A stretch of 64,000 bases of DNA, taken from positions 496,001 through 560,000 of the forward strand of contig OZ037840.1 in assembly GCA_964035575.1 (NCBI GenBank), written 5' to 3'. Under the pieces are notes generated by a model that searched no databases, had not been told where the DNA came from, and worked only from the letters and a program-made list of their open reading frames with translations. A program made the position numbers and the translations under genes. Positions 1 to 12,677 of the stretch are shown piece after piece. The DNA comes from Rhynchopus sp. YZ270_cl-10. Taxonomy: Eukaryota. Positions within the stretch are counted from its first letter, which is position 1. Each line of letters begins with the position of its first letter.

Positions 1-1741
1 CTGGGTGTATTTGTGCATTTTGATGTTTTCCCCCCCATCACAATCCTTCAAGAACACACAAAAGCTTTATTCTGAAGCACGTCTGATGATAAAATCCATC
101 AAAACGCACAAAAATACAACTGTCATTCCTCCCCCCCCCATACCCCACATACCCCCCATATCCCCACCCCCCTTTTTTTCAGTGCCGTGCGTCCGCTGAT
201 GTACTTTTTGTTTGCACTTTTTCGACTTCTTTTTTTCCCCCTCTTCTTTTCTTTCCTTTCCATTTCTTCAAATCGCTGCTTTCCCTACCATCTTATAAGC
301 CGCAGAAGGCACACAACAAGGGAGTGTTTGTATTTTATTTTTATTTTATTTTGGAGAATAGTCGATTTTTAGGGCAAATCTGAGCTTTTTCAAAATAGGG
401 TAGGATAACTCTGACTATTCCCCCTTTTTATTTTTTACTTTTTTTTTTTTTTTGTAGTGGCCTTTCAAAAGGTGACATTGTGACTATGCGATTAGGTGGA
501 GGCTTTCTTACGGTATAACGGCATCGCATCAGGCCCCCCTGCATAACACCAACACTTGAAAAAGAAGAAGAAAAAAACTATGGGACGAAAGACCCGGCTA
601 GTTCAAACCAAAACGAGACGCTAATGCTAAATATCAACAAAAAAGAAACAGTGGAGATTGCACAACTGTGGCAACACAACCGAGGCAACTACACTACTCC
701 AACAATTTATCAAAAAAAGGGTAAAAAAAAAAACCCCCCTGATTAGCATAACTTAACCAATAGTATGCAGCTTAGGGGTTATGAGTATTTCCTTAGGGGA
801 GGAGGTAACATGATGTATTTTGAACTTTTTTTTTTGTTGAAGTTTACAAAACTGCAAAATCATACATTCTATTTGCTCTCTTTTAAGGATCCTGATGAAG
901 AAAAATTTGTGGTTTGCTCATCTTGTGATAGTCGAAAATTAAACAATTTTTTTGTATAAGTTACAGATTCCCATCGGACTGCTTGCAATTGGCGGTTTAC
1001 ACAATAAAAGAGCTCCCCCTCCCTTCCCTGAAAAGAACACCTGCGTGGAGTTCACAAGTGGTGTCTACACAATTGTCAATTTTTCAAGAAAGAAAAAAAA
1101 AGGAAAGAAAAACAAGAATGAAAATAAAACAGAAAATATCAAAAAAAAAAAAAAAAACAACAACAAAAAAAACACAAAACAATGTACCCCCTTTCCGTCC
1201 CTGCCTTTTAAGACAATCACATCCCTTTTCTTGTGTTCAACATCCTGGGGTTGTCAGCTTCTGGCCCACCACATTATTTTGTTGTCCGCCCAATTAGCGA
1301 CTCAGGGTTTACAGCCTCTGCCACACTGCGAAACGAGCAGAGGACCCCAACCGGACGCTACATCACACAGGATTCATGTCCTTGTTCGCAATGATCCCTG
1401 CTCATCTGGTTGATGAGTGGAAGCGGGAGTAGCACAAATCAGATGTAAACCACGAAAAGGAACGTAGGACTGCATGGTTTGGGTGTCCACCCCCGGTACA
1501 GCCGGTCATTTGTACCAAAGGTACACTGTTCACGAGAGGGCTTTGTATTTCAACTCTACTTTGTTTTTATTTACTCCACTCACAATTTTATCCCTCCCCC
1601 CCAAAAAAATATAGTGGAGTTCATCCTCGGGTGGCTACACTAATACAACCAAGTTTTCAAAAAACAAAAAAAACTCCATTCAACAACCCCCACAGTTGTT
1701 TCGTGCTACACATTTTATTTTATTTTATTTTATTTTTTTAA

Positions 1742-3526
1742 ATGATGCAGTGGATACGGCAGTGGATAGATTCCGTCCTCTCACTAGACGGGACCCTAGG
1801 GAAGAAACAGCAGCAGCAACGAACCTTATTTTTTGCCTTCAACTCTGCCTGCCTTGCGGCCATTATTGCGTACCCATGCGTTATGTACAAGGCGATGGTG
1901 TCTCAGGTCCACATTTTTGCATATGTAGTGTTGCTTGCTGGAGGGGTCATCGGGGTGGTCTCCATCCTTTGCAGGTACAACCTCTCGTCTCCTCTTGTCT
2001 TAAGTGTAGCCTACTGTTATGCGTGTGGTGTGCTTATCACCGATCTTGTTGAACGGACGACAATGTCCTATATGTGGCCCTGTCTGGTGCTTATTGTTGA
2101 CTTGTTGTTGGTGATGCAGGTTCCGCCAAGGCATACGATTGGGTTGGTGTGTTTCACTATAACGTATCTCGTTGTGATTGCGTTGGAAGAAGGCTTTCGG
2201 TTTGGTCTGTTTGATTTGCCCGGGTTGATCCCGCAGGAAGGGACCTTCGGGCGGAAGGAGGTCTTCCGTGCATTGACCGCCTGCAACGCACCACCATGCC
2301 CGCGAGACACGAGTTTGACGGTGTTAAATGCATTGACAGTGTTCCTCTGTGATTTTATCGTGACCAGAGGGTTTGCGAGAAGCGTGCTGAGGCAGCAGGC
2401 ATGGATGGAGCAGACGATCAACACCGTGCAGGAGATCGCCTCCCTTCTTGCGGGGTACGATGTGGAGATGGTGGCACAACTGCTTGAAGCTCATGAGCAC
2501 GAACTGCCTGAGGGGATGACGACGGCACTGCGGAGTCTTGAGGAGAACCTGCGTGTGTACAAACCGTATCTCCCGCAGACGTGTCTGCCGTTTCGGCGCG
2601 AGACGCTGTCCGACCTAGGTGAAAGAGACCTGTCAAGCATCATAGAACCGCAGTCGCCAAAGATGACCCCCTGTTGCCCGCTGCTCAAGCCACTGGGTCT
2701 GTCCTCCATAAAGGCGACGCTGCTGACACTGAACATCAAAGACACGTTGCACCGCTTGGAGGAGGACACTGTAAGCTTCTCCGACCTGTTCACATCCGTT
2801 CTTCTCGAGACCCTGCAGGCAACAGAAGCGCGTCGTGGGATGGTGGACGTCTTTATTGGGGACAGGATCCACTGTTCGTTCAACACCTCGAAGATATGTG
2901 CGTCACACGCAACCTCAGCACTGCACGCTGCCACATTGCTGCTGCGTGGTGGTGATGCCATTGCACCACACGTGAACATGGGAGTTGCGACTGGGACGGT
3001 GCTGCGTGGTGATATGGGGTGTGCAGTGATGCGCCGCTTCAGCATGGTAGGAACACTTGTGCGTGACGTGAACGTGCTGGAACGTGCTGGCCGTGTGTTG
3101 GGGTGCAGTGTGCTGTGCAACCGCCTCTGCTTCAGCGATGCTGAGTGCGAACACCAAATGCGTCTGGTGCCTTGCAAGATCGAGCTTGCTGTCGGTTGTG
3201 ATGCGGGGTTGGTTGCTGAGTTGGTTGTGTCCAAGGATGGGGTTGCGTCAGAGGGGAGCGAGTGGATGTACCAGATTGGCGGGAAGAAGGACTGGGAGGA
3301 GTACAACACAGTCGTGCGCCGCTTCATGAGGGGAGAGTGCTCTACACACGAGGTTGTGTCTGCGGGGAAGCTGGGCAACTGTGCGCACACACCTCTGAAT
3401 ATCCGTGCCTCCATCTCCCAGTGGCCACACGGCAACGAACACTGCACCACATCCCCCGTGGAAGTGTGCTCCCCCATAGTCGAGACCATCACCTTTGGCG
3501 AGTTTGGTGCCTGCGACAATGTGTAG
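1742..3526 (+). CDS. Membrane-anchored class III adenylate/guanylate cyclase-like protein, 594 aa, probably catalytically degenerate
   Basis: Intronless GC-rich ORF. About 6 N-terminal hydrophobic helices, a helical linker (..LRVYKPYLP), then cyclase-like motifs ATLLTLNIKD, GMVDVFIGDRIHCSFN, MGVATGTVLRGDMG, RRFSMVG and a C-terminal EWMY motif. Confidence 0.85.
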   Translation: MMQWIRQWIDSVLSLDGTLGKKQQQQRTLFFAFNSACLAAIIAYPCVMYKAMVSQVHIFAYVVLLAGGVIGVVSILCRYNLSSPLVLSVAYCYACGVLITDLVERTTMSYMWPCLVLIVDLLLVMQVPPRHTIGLVCFTITYLVVIALEEGFRFGLFDLPGLIPQEGTFGRKEVFRALTACNAPPCPRDTSLTVLNALTVFLCDFIVTRGFARSVLRQQAWMEQTINTVQEIASLLAGYDVEMVAQLLEAHEHELPEGMTTALRSLEENLRVYKPYLPQTCLPFRRETLSDLGERDLSSIIEPQSPKMTPCCPLLKPLGLSSIKATLLTLNIKDTLHRLEEDTVSFSDLFTSVLLETLQATEARRGMVDVFIGDRIHCSFNTSKICASHATSALHAATLLLRGGDAIAPHVNMGVATGTVLRGDMGCAVMRRFSMVGTLVRDVNVLERAGRVLGCSVLCNRLCFSDAECEHQMRLVPCKIELAVGCDAGLVAELVVSKDGVASEGSEWMYQIGGKKDWEEYNTVVRRFMRGECSTHEVVSAGKLGNCAHTPLNIRASISQWPHGNEHCTTSPVEVCSPIVETITFGEFGACDNV

Positions 3527-3545
3527 CTCTTTGTGGCCATATTTA

Positions 3546-3977
3546 CAGTTGGACAAGAAACTTGGCGACTAAAAAAATTGGCGACCAAATAATATTGGCG
3601 GATTCTGGGGGTTTTCTTGTAATTGGCGACTTTTTTGGTCGCCAATATTAATTGGTAGGATGGTGGTTCTTAGTCACATTGGTTGGGAAGTAGCTTTTTT
3701 CGCAATTTTTGGTAAAGTTTTTGTGTCTCCCTTCGACTCATTATGTGTATTTTTGGGTGGCTGCGTGAGTGCGTGGTGCGGAGCTAATGTCCGACTTTCT
3801 TGAAAGATACGCTGCACCTGGTGCACTGAAGTGACACCTTTTTTGTGCTTGTGACTATTGTATCAATAAGAACCGCTTTCCCACCAAATAACTTGGCGAC
3901 CAAAAAATATTGGCGGATTTGGGGGGTTTTCTTGCAATTGGCGACTTTTTTGGTCGCCAATATTACTTGTCCAACTG
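3546..3977. mobile_element. Tc1/mariner-type MITE with TA TSD
   Basis: TA|CAGTTGGACAAG ... CTTGTCCAACTG|TA, with internal subterminal TTGGCGAC/GTCGCCAA repeats. Lies 20 bp after the cyclase stop codon. Confidence 0.8.
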
Positions 3978-4997
3978 TATGGCCACTTGGGGTCTAAAGG
4001 GTTAAAGGAGACATAGTTCCTCCGATACGGTTGCCAATCACCCCCCCTTCCAACAGGGGAATTGAGCAATCAGCGAAAAAGCCTTTCCCCCCCTTTTACT
4101 TACCAAGCAGAGTTCCTATTTTTATTTTTATTTTTCTTTCTTCTTCTTCTTCTTCTTTTCAACCTTTCCTCATGGAAACTCGCGCCTTTACCGTGTCTGA
4201 GTTCTCATGCTTCACCCATACTTTCACTAATCATATCCCTAACGCAACTTTGGTGCGATTCAAGGGGACGGACAACCTGCGGGAGAACCACGTTCCTTAT
4301 AGAGTGTCATCGACATCTCTTGGTGGAACAAGCCGAGAGATTAAGATGTATTAAGCCCTGTCAGAATTGCAGTCGACCTAGATGCGCAAGGAGGCTGACA
4401 ATGGTCGTGAAACCTTTCCCTTTTACCTATTTTAGAGTATTAGAGTTACCATTTTTTTGTGTGCTCTTTTGTTGTATTAGAGAGGCCCCAACCTTTCCAG
4501 GTTGGGCGCCATTTTTTTTACCTTGTGATACCCATTTTTTTTTTTTTTTTTTGCGCCAAATCTTTTTGCTGTGAACTTTCCATAGGTTTCTGCCTGAGTC
4601 ACCTGAGGATGGCGTGGCCGGTATTCCCCTCATTCTGTGGGTTCATGTTGGTACCTACAGCTGCGTTTCTTGTGTTGTACTTTGAAATCAGTTCAGGGGT
4701 AATTCTCGTGCAGAACAATACCCATAACTTTTGTATTGTATTTTATTTCGGAGAACCAGTATCTGCGTCTGCCGATGAACGGTGAGGCGTTTGCACTTTC
4801 AACCTCTCTTTTGTTTTTGTTCATGCAATGCATGCAAGAAGGGGCCGAAAACGGTGCCTCGCTAAGGCCCGATACAGGCGTGGCTGAGGCGTGATTTTGT
4901 AACTATTAGTACGCCTCAAGCCACGCCTAAGAGAGATTTTCCAGACATGCCTATTTTTCAGGTGTAGTCGGCCTCGTTGCATTGCATATTTATTGTA

Positions 4998-5100
4998 CCA
5001 TAATCGTAAAAAAAATATCGACCGTAAAAAAAGGCCGAGCTTTCAGAAAAAATCCTGAAAGGTCGAACATTAGTACGGTCAATAATTTTTACGATTACGG
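4998..5100. mobile_element. Short TA-flanked MITE
   Basis: TA|CCATAATCGTAAAAA..ATCGACCGTA ... TACGGTCAAT..TTTTTACGATTACGG|TA inverted termini. Confidence 0.65.
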
Positions 5101-5987
5101 TACTTCCTTTTTTTGGTGATGTTTTAAAAAAAGGTCTCAAAGAACAATAAATCTTGGAGTGCCTGGAACTGACTATTTTCATTTTTTTTTTTTCTCTCTT
5201 CTTCCTCTTATTTTGTATTTTTAGTGTGTTTATGAAATAATAAGTTTAGTGTTTTTTCCCCCTTCAGGTACGCTGAGGTGTATTCATCATTTGATGCGAA
5301 TAAAAAAAGCCACAGCGTATCAGCACAGAAAAAAAAAAAACATTGCAAGGGGTCATATATCATGTTCCTCTCAGTTCTGTTTGTTACCTAAACCCATGTC
5401 CGAAAACTCTGCAAGTGCTTTACAAAATACCACACCATTTTGTGTAAAGATCTGTACGTACGGCATCTTCATTTTGCTCATTCCGCAAACCCGTAAACCC
5501 GCAAACTTGCTCAAATTTGCTCGTTTGATTAGTGTAGCTGCCAAAAAAGACGGTTGTCGCGGTCCTATTTTTTTCCCATAATTCACGTTTCAATGGATGC
5601 AGCGGAAACATTTAGATCCTCCATGTTACGAAAAATATTCAAAAGGTGTCACCTTGTCGTTCCCTCACCTCCCTTTCTTGTAGTTGTTTTGCTGCGTTGA
5701 CGCTTCCACACACACTATCACTCTCCTTGTTGGGTGGTATTGCGGAGCTCGGTTGGGTGAGTGAACGACGTTGACACTTTCCTCTCGCATAGTGTGAGTA
5801 AGAAAAAGTATCTTTTGTATGAGTGCGCAAGACGTCTGGAAATGAAATATACGTTCTTAAATGCGCGCTCCTTTTTTTCTTTTGCAAACGCGCGATTTTT
5901 TTGTGAAGAAAAATTGTGACCGCTATCTAGTGATAGTAGTCACAGTCTATAATCAAACACATTTTTTTTTTTTTTTTTTTCAAACGG

Positions 5988-8753
5988 CATACAAGTAAAA
6001 CGGACGTCACGGAAATGAAAAAAAAATGCTCGACCCACTGCCGTCGTTGCCGTGAAAAATAAAAAAAAACGGCCGTGAAAAAAAAGCGTACAAAAATTTC
6101 ACGGCCGTTAAAAAAAAACAACGGCCGTGAAATTTTTTTTTTTTTTTTTGTACTCAGGTAGCTACGTAGCCTTCAGGGAGGCAATCGTGTGCTAATACAG
6201 AAAGTATCAGTCAAGGCTGTCCTTACAGACGCATGCCAAAGCGGCCGCCACATGGGTGTGGACTTAAGATTGAAGTTTCATCATTGTACTAGCCCAGGGA
6301 GGGTTCCCGGCTACCGGCGAGGTCTCTTCCAATCCGTTCCCTAGTTTCCTAGGGGGGCCTCCTTGGCTTCACTGGCTAGGGCTCTGCAGGTCCCTCCACA
6401 CATGTTGTGTGCCTGCCTTCAGCACCCAGGGTAGCATACCCAGCACCTTTTTACCCTCAGGTCAGACCTTCATAGAGTTTCAGGAGGAGTGCCACAAAAG
6501 GGCCCCCGGATGCAATTTAACGTCCAGCCCAGGACGAAATTTTTGTACAAGTTTTTGAAGGAAGACACAGTGAAACATGAGAAAAAGCGCCACTCAAGAA
6601 CCATCCCACCTGATTTTTACCCCTGAAGAAAAGGAGGGTAGGGCAGGAGAGGACCGGTTAAGTGGTATCGCACAGAAAACTGCGCTGGGTACTGGGTACT
6701 CTTGTAGGGTCTTGTTGCCTTTTGGCACATGTATTGTGTCCACGGTGTGTTGTGTTCACTGCTCTGAAGGTGCTGGCTCTCATCTACCTGATGGGGTAAG
6801 TGCCACAGCATCTGACCCGCCATCTGTAATCTTCTGGTTTCAACACTGCCTTTCAGTTCAGCGTCCCGAGCGTCTCACAACCTCTCTTATTACTCTTTGC
6901 CCGAGAAGGATGTGTTTGGACTCACTCAAACCCCGTTCATCACTCTTGTGCCAAAGAAAGTGAAGTTATTAATGCAGGCACCTCCAACTGACCCACTTAT
7001 GATGCCAGCCATCCGGATGAAAGCACAAGTACCCTGCGGCCAACAACAGAAGATGTAAAAAGGAAACCTAATGACTGGCCCGTACCGTAAGAGAACGAGG
7101 GCGGTACACAAGAGAGCAGAAACCCAAAAACACAAAAAGGGGAGGGCAGGGGGGTCACAACATCTCTCTCTTGGCGCCCCATGCTGTACCGACAGTTGGG
7201 CCTCACCCTTTCTCTTAGGGATATACATGGACGTCCTTACAGGCAGCACACCGTAACCCAAAGGCGTGGCAGAGAGACTCCGCAGAGCGACTCTGGCCTG
7301 ACCGCTGGCCATTTATGCTCCGGGTGCGAGCACCCATCATAGCATAGTGGAGCCAGCCTGACCCAGCATTTATATACCCTGCCAGGATGAACTTGCTTAA
7401 AAGAGGGCAGAGGCGTTTAGACCCTGAGGACTAGGGGAAGTCCCGCATACCCCAACAGAAAGACAAAGGCTATGCACTGGTGATATAGGAGAGGCAGGGT
7501 TGCTGAAAAACAAAAAGACCCTGAAGGCACAAAAACGCCCCGCATACCCCTCCTCGCCTCCTGTTTTGTAATCTCTCAGGTAGGAGACATCGGTTCGAGC
7601 GGTGAACACCTTCATAGAGTTTCTGGAGGAACAGACCCCCGGATGCAATTTAAGGTACAGCCCAGGACCTAACCCTACCTGAAAAAAAACATCGGACAAA
7701 CAGTACAAGTTCACGGGAGCAAAAGGGCTGACCCCTCCCTCTGCGCGTTTCTCGCCAACGTAGCGAAGAAGATCCAGAGGTGTCCAGAACGTGATGCGGT
7801 CTATTTTCCGACAAAAAAGACGGAGGATAGTGCGCGTGACCAGTTGTTCAATGGTGTGCTGATTCTGTCGGAAGACTTTGCACTGGAAGCTGAAGAACAC
7901 TGCAAATGGTTCAACACAGATGAGGTTCGTCTCACAGTATTGCTGTGTGCTCCACAACGGAAAGCCCATCAAATATGAGAAGAGTACTTTGCTCAAGAAC
8001 CGGTTACAAGTGCTGAAACACGAGAAATATGCCACTCCGAAGAACCCGGAGCACGTACAAGTGCTCAGAAATGCCACGCTCCAACCACAATGAACAGTGG
8101 GGTGAAAACGTGGGCGGGCAGCGGGAGACCAGCGCAGTGAGGAGAGCCAGGAGCGCAGGGCACGCAGGTGATGGTTTGGATAAGTCCATTTCCTGTGAGG
8201 TCGAAGTCATAGTGGGGACGGAACAAAGGTTGCAGCTGAGCTGTTCTCCAGGCGTGAGTGGCAGATTGTTGATACGGAGGCTGTTGTTCAGAGACAACCG
8301 GTGTATGAGGATGCTCCCCATCAGACGCTGGAGGTAGCATCAATACTGTCAGTCAGGGCAGTAGGGATAACTCCACAGTTCGACACACAGTAGGCCACGG
8401 CGACCTGCCAGCAGTTGTGACGGAGTGGAAACTAGGATCTGAGCGTAAAGCATTGCAGGCAGGGCAGGACCACCATAAGTGCTCGTTTGTGTCGTCAGCT
8501 TCCCAATCGCAATTTTTTTTGCACTTTTTATGTTGATTTTACCCCCCCAAGAATGACTTGGGAGGGATGGGAAAGGGGGTCTGGCCCTGTCTACGAACGA
8601 AAAAGAAGAAACAAGCAAAAAGCGTGGAAATATTTCACGGCCGTGATCAATGCAAAATTTCACGGCCGTTAAATTTTTTAGATTTTCTTCACGGCCGTGA
8701 CCTCCCCGACAAAAAAAATTTATTCCCGTCGTGACGGCCGTTATACTTGTATG
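5988..8753. mobile_element. Non-autonomous TIR element with CATAC termini and probable 6-bp TSD, carrying degenerate internal sequence
   Basis: CATACAAGTAAAACGGACGTCAC at 5988 is inverted relative to GTGACGGCCGTTATACTTGTATG ending at 8753. Many ACGGCCGT subterminal repeats at both ends. Flanks AAACGG / AAACGC (one mismatch). Confidence 0.7.
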
Positions 8754-9677
8754 AAACGCGCGATTTTTCATTTTCCGGTTTGGACGGGGGGGTTTTTTTT
8801 CCCTTTCTCGAACGCGTTCGTGTTTTTTAGGGCGTTTTCGGACGCGTTTTAAAAAACGAAGAAAAAAACGCGTGTTTTCAAAAAATGAAAATTGTGTTCG
8901 TTTTTTTTTGAAACACGCGTTTTTCCCCCGTTTTTTTTTTTTTTTTACGCACGCTACTTTGTGAGCGGAAAGTGTCACGTCGTTCACTCACTCAACCGTG
9001 CTCCGCAACACCACCACCCAACAGGTGATTTTTAGTGTGTGTGGAAGCGTCAACGCATCAAACAACTACAAGAAGGGGGGTGAGGGAACGACAAGTGACA
9101 CTTTTCCCGTGCGCGCGTTTCGTTTTTTTCTTCTTTTTTTCTTCCTGTATTTCTTTCGATTGGTGTGTTCCGGGTATGGGACTTCACACATCTTCACACG
9201 CACATTTTTTTGTGAAGAGTTGTGAATTGAAATGAAAATTTGTATTTTCCGATACCCCGGAGCACACCACACCATTCACGTTTTTTCAAACACACATTCC
9301 ACTTTTTCGCGTCCCTTCCTCCTCACCAACTGTATTGCCCTCGTTGCCGGGTGTAAGCCCGATTTTTAGAAAATCTCAAAAAGGTTTCCCCTTTTTTTTC
9401 TGTGGCAATTTGAAGTGGGTACAGTGGTAAAGTGGTGACGCACATTCACGGCATGTAATACTGTACCCCCTTGAGGCTCCCCTCTTTTCCTAGATAGGCA
9501 CACTCATCTAAGTATTGGAGGAGGTGAAGGAATCTTACACATTTTTTTTTTCTTCTTCTTTTTTTTTTTTTTTAAATTCCTTCTCGTTTGCCATTCTCTA
9601 CTGATTACCAGAGAGGTGTATTCGTACTGAACAACGATGACACCTCTACAGAAAATTAGTTTTTCTTTCCCAGCTCA

Positions 9678-9714
<37 letters not shown>

Positions 9715-9801
9715 TTTCTTTTGCAAAACCCTTACACCATGGATATTACAAAGTAATTGAATGAAAAGAGCACCCGAAAGTCAAAAGAAAATCCAGTACT
9801 T

Positions 9802-9883
9802 CATAGATGGTAGTCGGCCGGAGTCGGCCCGACACCCGAATTTTCCAAAAAGTCGGGCCGACTCCGGCCGACTACTATCTATG
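9802..9883. mobile_element. 82-bp fold-back MITE, CATAG termini, 6-bp TSD GTACTT
   Basis: GTACTT|CATAGATGGTAGTCGGCCGGAGTCGGCCCGAC ... GTCGGGCCGACTCCGGCCGACTACTATCTATG|GTACTT. Confidence 0.85.
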
Positions 9884-10917
9884 GTACTTGATACCCTTAT
9901 AAAAATGCTTATCCCATCAAGTAATTGAAGAGGGAGAGGAAAACAGGCACTCCGCTAGGTACTAAAGTTCTGTTGATTGTCAACAGAACTTTTTGAAAAT
10001 GGGGAAAAAAAAAAAAAAAAAAAAAGTTCTGCTGAGTGGTTCAGACCCGTTCTACCTGTCAAAAAAGCTCAGGAGAAGAAGATATGGAGAGGTGAGTGCT
10101 CAAACGTCCCAAAAAAGTCAAAATCGGGCGTTGGTAAAAAAAAAAGTTGCGTACCGTGCGCCTGCGGCGCAAGCATGTACCCCACCAACGTGGACCATCA
10201 ACAGAATATTTTCAAAATCGGGAATCCTAGCGGAGAGCCTGGAGGAAAATAAGAAAAAAAAAAAAAATTGACAGTGGAGATTGCACAAACTGTGGCAACA
10301 CAACCGAGGCAACTACACTACTCCAACAATTTATCAAAAGTATGCTTTGTACCAGGGTCCTAGCTTGGTTTTGGAAAAAAATGCCAAATCTGGGTCAGAA
10401 TTTTTTTTTTGGGTCAGCAGAGGTTTTGGGCCTTGGGGGGCTTGTCTTGGCTTTTTTGGGTTTTCCGAGCTCTACCCTCACTGTGGTGGGGTCATTTCAG
10501 AAAAATGGACAAGTTCTTGACTGATACAAATTTTGGCCACTACGACTAGTGAGTTGCTCACAACGTTAAGTGGAACGCTACTATAACCATAAAAATCACT
10601 CCCCGTTCATAGATCACCCACACAAAATATATAAAATGGCGCCGCAGGCGAAAAAAATTAGGGTACGGTGTAAAAATGTAGCTTTTTACACCACAGAGTC
10701 ACTCTACGAACCCTTTTTTGCGGAGCAAAAAAGGAAAAATGGCGCCGCAGGCAAAAAAAATTGGGTCCAGCCCTGGACGGTGCCGGATTTTTTTGTCGAT
10801 ATATTTTTTCTTACCCCAGAAAAGGTGGTGGGCCCCCCCAAAGAGGGGAAAAAATCAGAATTTCCCAATTTCCAAATTAATTAATTCCCTTTTTTTTTTT
10901 TTTTCGTGGGTCGCGAC

Positions 10918-12603
10918 CAGGCCTTTTGCTAACCATCATGCCATCATGCCATCATGCCATCATGCCACGTTTTTGGGCGTTTTTTATTTTTTTTTCCATC
11001 ATGCCACCATCATGCCACGGGGGGTGGTGGGGCAGGGCTTTCGCTCTCCATCACCTGGGGATTTCCCCCCAGATGGCATGATGGCATGATGGCATGATGG
11101 CATGATGGCATGATGGCATGATGGCATGATGGCATGATGGCATGATGGCATGATGGCATGATGGCATGATGGCATGATGGCATGATGGCATGATGGCATG
11201 ATGGCATGATGGCATGATGGCATGATGGCATGATGGCATGATGGCATGATGGCATGATGGCATGATGGCATGATGGCATGATGGCATGATGGCATGATGG
11301 CATGATGGCATGATGGCATGATGGCATGATGGCATGATGGCATGATGGCATGATGGCATGATGGCATGATGGCATGATGGCATGATGGCATGATGGCATG
11401 ATGGCATGATGGCATGATGGCATGATGGCATGATGGCATGATGGCATGATGGCATGATGGCATGATGGCATGATGGCATGATGGCATGATGGCATGATGG
11501 CATGATGGCATGATGGCATGATGGCATGATGGCATGATGGCATGATGGCATGATGGCATGATGGCATGATGGCATGATGGCATGATGGCATGATGGCATG
11601 ATGGCATGATGGCATGATGGCATGATGGCATGATGGCATGATGGCATGATGGCATGATGGCATGATGGCATGATGGCATGATGGCATGATGGCATGATGG
11701 CATGATGGCATGATGGCATGATGGCATGATGGCATGATGGCATGATGGCATGATGGCATGATGGCATGATGGCATGATGGCATGATGGCATGATGGCATG
11801 ATGGCATGATGGCATGATGGCATGATGGCATGATGGCATGATGGCATGATGGCATGATGGCATGATGGCATGATGGCATGATGGCATGATGGCATGATGG
11901 CATGATGGCATGATGGCATGATGGCATGATGGCATGATGGCATGATGGCATGATGGCATGATGGCATGATGGCATGATGGCATGATGGCATGATGGCATG
12001 ATGGCATGATGGCATGATGGCATGATGGCATGATGGCATGATGGCATGATGGCATGATGGCATGATGGCATGATGGCATGATGGCATGATGGCATGATGG
12101 CCTGAAAATATTTCTGCTCGCTGCGCTCGCGGAGGTATACCTAAAAAAAAAATTCCCGCTCGCTTCGCTCGCGCTGTACGCCTATTTTCTTCCTGCCTAC
12201 GGTGCCATTTTACAATGTCTAAGGGGATTCCCTTGCATTTTGCAGCCAGAAATGAAACTTGACCCAAGCTGCAAAAATTTGACCATTGTTATTTCAAAAT
12301 GACCCAACCGTTGCAACAGCCCCTGCTTCTGGAAGACGTAGTGATTTTGTACGGTTAGTGTACGTAAGGCGCAAGACCAAGCACCGTTAAACAAGGATTA
12401 GATTCCGTTTTTTTTTTTTGTTATCTTGCAAAGCTGACCCTTCGCCTCTCCACCCTGTGGCTGTCAGGGAGGCGCGCGCGAAGCGCGCGACGACCGCTTT
12501 TACCAGGTGGGAAAGCTCGGAATGTACTTTTTTTCCAGGAAATTATTTTTTTTTGACCATCATGCCATTCCTGGGGAAAATCCCAAAGTTAGCAAAAGGC
12601 CTG
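10918..12603. mobile_element. Nested TIR element with 9-bp TSD GGTCGCGAC, containing the ATGGCATG satellite
   Basis: GGTCGCGAC|CAGGCCTTTTGCTAAC ... GTTAGCAAAAGGCCTG|GGTCGCGAC (perfect 16-bp TIR). CCATCATG subterminal motifs. Confidence 0.85.
11073..12101. repeat. (ATGGCATG)n tandem repeat, about 128 perfect 8-bp units
   Basis: Directly visible homogeneous array. It generates the spurious MPSCHHAI ORFs. Confidence 0.98.
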
Positions 12604-12677
12604 GGTCGCGACCCAGGCACTTGGGTCAGCTTGACCCACTGACCCAGGCAAGCTAGGACTCTGCTTTGTACATCCAT

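Larger units (their letters stand above)
10353..12663. mobile_element. Non-autonomous hAT-type element, 8-bp TSD CTTTGTAC
   Basis: CTTTGTAC|CAGGGTCCTAGCTTG ... CAAGCTAGGACTCTG|CTTTGTAC. Confidence 0.85.

Noticed and set aside
890..937. CTGATGA...GAAA hammerhead-like core (also CTGACGA on the - strand near 40430)
   Set aside because: No convincing stem II/III pairing, and the motif is absent from other family A copies.
2491..3645. 384-aa - strand ORF (likewise 14985-15890, 15903-16766, 27916-28584, 44269-45489)
   Set aside because: Antisense shadows of GC-rich + strand genes, with no recognisable motifs.
7878..8093. CCVLHN motif reminiscent of a Harbinger transposase
   Set aside because: No upstream ERxFG or DDE motifs are recognisable; likely chance within a frameshifted fragment.
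10999..12267. Long MPSCHHAI-repeat ORFs in three - strand frames
   Set aside because: Artefact of a stop-free 8-bp satellite inside a TIR element.
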